A stretch of DNA of 52,966 bases, filler included, from Sphacelaria rigidula (lineage: Eukaryota): assembly GCA_964200075.2 (NCBI GenBank). It is 4 parts of 4 records of this genome, joined end to end, with 100 filler letters (N's around TTAATTAATTAA, not from the genome) between each part and the next. Parts side by side here need not be neighbours in the genome. Positions count along the whole stretch, not along the records: positions 39,802 to 52,966 come from CAXNAA020003103.1; 3 more parts are not named here. One strand, given 5' to 3'. Positions 50,111-52,966 of the stretch are shown here, one piece after another (position 1 is the stretch's first letter; each line of letters opens with the position of its first letter). The notes under the pieces were generated by a model. That model was given only the letters and a program-made list of their open reading frames with translations, searched no databases and was not told the origin of the DNA. Both the position numbers and the translations under genes were made by a program.

Positions 50111-51092
50111 CGACTGGTCCTCCCGGAATGCAGCAGCAGCACAAATAAATGAAAATACCGACTATAGAGAGCTCCGTACAATGTTTTCAGCATGCTTGCT
50201 TCGTGACATTTGTACGCGCAGATACACCCACCACACCGCCAGCTATAGATTTTATATCACTACGTGAATCTACGTCGTTCAAACTGTCGCTGCCGCCCTT
50301 GCCTTCCCGCCTGCCCCCCCGTTTCACAGCGAGGTTGTGAGATAGATATTACCGTAGTTCTGAACGCCATACACGGGCAGCCAGCATCATCCTGTCCTTC
50401 ATTTTGCCGGCGAAGGCAAGCCAACGACAAGATCAGCTCTGTGGCCGTGGACGCGATATCTAGCAGCAGCGGCAGAACTCGATAATGATGGAACTTTCGG
50501 AGCTCTTCAAAATATGAAGACTTCTAAAGACCAAACCCGACAATTATGGGCCTTACAAGTGATTTATGTTACTGAGCTTTTCCAACAGTAGGATCCCGTC
50601 ATCTAGGGCACCAAAGATTCGCCTGTAAAGGTGGGAGGGTATCGAGATCGCTCACGGGTTGGCAGAAAAGTTTACTGTGACGTACGGTCCTCCGGTTTAC
50701 GTGTGTACAGGTGCTCGTTATGCCCATACACAATGTGGCTTTTACAGTTGTATATGCCACGAATGGAATGCTATTCTGAATCCGAAATGTGCCATACATC
50801 CAAATCGCAGCCTGAGGCCAGGGCAACCTCAAGAATGGAAACATAAGTTTCGTATGGAAATGGAGGGGATTCGACATGGTGAATACTAGTGAGAAATGGT
50901 ACCCGTTAAAGGTACGTAGCTCAGGGTACTTGAGATTTGACCCCCGCCCACCGAAGGTGGAACTACTGAGGTCAGAGGCAAGCGAGATTTTCACCTCCAA
51001 ATGTGCCAGACACGCCCCAGCATTTGCTTGCTGCATTGTTGGGAGGTAGACCGAACACTTGTGACAACCCGAACTCGCGAGACCGGAGCGGG

Positions 51093-51546
51093 TGTAATGA
51101 GTAGGAGGACCGCATGCTTTCGGGCCGCATCGTAGTACACCACAGGTTGGACGCTTTGCAAAGCCGATCGGGCCAGTCAGTCTCTGCAGAGATGTGCCAC
51201 TGACCCTAACCCCGACACTAATCCTACCCCTAACCCCAATCATCGGGGTGTTTAACCCTTTTGGAACCGATGATGGAAAAGTGACGATTTACAAACTCCC
51301 ATATCCGAGCTTTTCGTCACCGGGAAAACGTCACTTGGAGTTCGGTGCACGATTCTGTCACAATAGTATACTGGTACTTTTAGAGTGGTGCACCGTTTTG
51401 GTGGGCTGCATCATCAGCAGCTGTAGAAAAAAGTCATATTGTGCCCAAGAAGACGCCAAGTGTTAATCGTCACTTTTCCATAGACTGTTCCAAAAGGGTT
51501 AAAGTCCAATGCAGTCCAAAAAGACGCGGTCCTCCCACCCCTTACA
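51093..51546 (+). mobile_element. MITE with internal telomere-like repeats, copy 3 (diverged, with nested insertion)
   Basis: TGTAATGAGTAGGAGGACCGC...GCGGTCCTCCCACCCCTTACA; degenerate CCCTAA units at about 51204-51240; 4-bp TSD CGGG. Confidence 0.75.
51256..51498. mobile_element. piggyBac-type MITE family B (243 bp) nested in telomeric MITE copy 3
   Basis: TTAA on both sides; ~34-bp TIRs CCCTTTTGGAAC-n5-ATGGAAAAGTGACGATT. Confidence 0.85.
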
Positions 51547-52671
51547 CGGGCACAGCGCTGAGTGTTTGGGGGACCAAAACAGACCAAGCCGCGCCCGGTC
51601 CGTGCTGAATGTACAAAGACGTGAACGATCTCTAGGATGCATCGCTGCTAAAAACGAGCACGAAGTAGCAGTACTCACCTAGGGCTTGGATCAAGCGATT
51701 GATTCGCGATCCGACGGTGTCATGGCAATCGGTCACCACCTGTTTCTCCTGGTGAAATACCGATGCGAGCACCCGACTGCCCACGGTGTAGCACCATATT
51801 GCAGTGCACACAGCACAAACAGCGCAGGCACGCCGCGTTAAACGACCAGCAACAGTACAACAACGACAGTAGCACTGCACACCAAAAAAATAAATAAACC
51901 ATTTGACCCCGGGGTGGGCGATCTGGGTATCGAATGCGTTTTTCACGTGAAATGTCAAGCCCCCGTCCCAACAACACACACCAAAACTGTAAACCACACC
52001 ATAGAAATGTCTCAATCTCGAGGATCCCGGTGTTTTTCACAGTAATTCACTGTTAAATATTCCGAGAACCTCGAGTTTGAGATACCTTTCATAATTGTGA
52101 GGCCCAGAGAGCTTGGATTCGCCAACAAGAAGGACCATGTTCGGCTACACCGCGGCGCATGGTATTTTGCTTTTGATATCGGTTTCGACCGCATCTTCTC
52201 CGCATCTTCTCCGCTCAAACGCCGTGCACACGGTTGACGATATCTCACTCACACGCTGTCAGGTGAGACAGCTCATGTTGTACTGAATAGCTAAGGTAGA
52301 GATATCAACGTCATGAAGTGTTGTTGTGATATACCCTTGCCTTGAGTTTGTAACGTAGAGTGGAAGTTGATAGCACGACCAGCGAATATCTCACTAGATA
52401 CTGAGGTTATGGCCACAAAATGGACCCCACATGACGGCTCCTAGCTAGCACTGCTTGTATGTACAAAACAACCTCGCCGAGTTTCATATAGCGAGAGAAT
52501 GCTGCCATCGCGTCTGGGATGACAGAATGAATTGTTCTTCCAGACTCTTACAAAAACCGATGTCTGATTTTGGTTCTTCCGAAGGGGCACGCGTCGGCGG
52601 TTTGTGCGCTGTAATGGATACAATTGAGTCCGAGTTCTTCGAGGACGTGCCCTTCAAGACACTCTACACAC

Positions 52672-52756
52672 GCGTACACGGTCTTATGGTCGGACTGTCA
52701 CCGTTGGAGTGGAGAAAAACGTGGGTTCGACTCCCGCCAGATGCGTTGGGTTTTTT
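52672..52756 (+). repeat. Degenerate tRNA-like sequence (tRNA pseudogene or SINE head)
   Basis: D-arm-like GGTCTTATGGTCGGACT, T-arm GTGGGTTCGACTCCCGC, then oligo-T; acceptor stem does not pair well. Confidence 0.4.
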
Positions 52757-52966
52757 CTTCGAGGTATCAGATTTCGACCATCGAAACCGTGAGGAAGTGA
52801 GTAGACAAGAAGTACTTGACTGAGTTTGTTTCACGAGAGTTGACGCGGTGCTGGAGTGCTGACCCAATCCACGAGACCAAAGTGCAAGGCATGTACTGGG
52901 GAGAGATGGGTCGATCCCTTGAGACCATGAGACCATCAGCCCATGGGCTCGTCCCGAGGAAGGGGG

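Noticed and set aside
50150-50560. 5' LTR/PBS of the Copia element
   Set aside because: Only a 10-bp match (GCAGATACAC) to the putative 3' LTR region, and the TTATGGGCC PBS-like word is on the wrong strand.
52672-52745. Functional tRNA gene
   Set aside because: Acceptor and anticodon stems do not pair properly; kept only as tRNA-like.

Overview
Eukaryotic, intron-rich, transposon-dense DNA, most likely from a brown alga or related stramenopile. That host call is an inference from gene structure, TTAGGG-type repeats and repeat content. The window is not one locus. It is four contigs of 13167, 13167, 13167 and 13165 bp joined by 100-bp artificial linkers (44 N + TTAATTAATTAA + 44 N), so adjacency across linkers means nothing. 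Contig 1 holds a decayed ~8-kb, intron-containing Academ(X)-type DNA transposon gene on the minus strand (RanBP2-type finger, DDE-type core, XPG/Xrn-like nuclease, C-terminal Cys-rich finger) and a ~1.2-kb TIR element. Contig 2 holds an 8-exon partial gene with a WW-like motif and an IQANK1-like segment. Contig 3 holds a decayed RTE-like LINE and a 9-exon nodulin-like MFS transporter gene. Contig 4 is a nest of MITEs: three TGT...ACA MITEs carrying telomere-like repeats, three TTAA piggyBac-type MITEs and long palindromes, plus an internally deleted Copia element. All family assignments come from motif recognition by eye; no database search was run.
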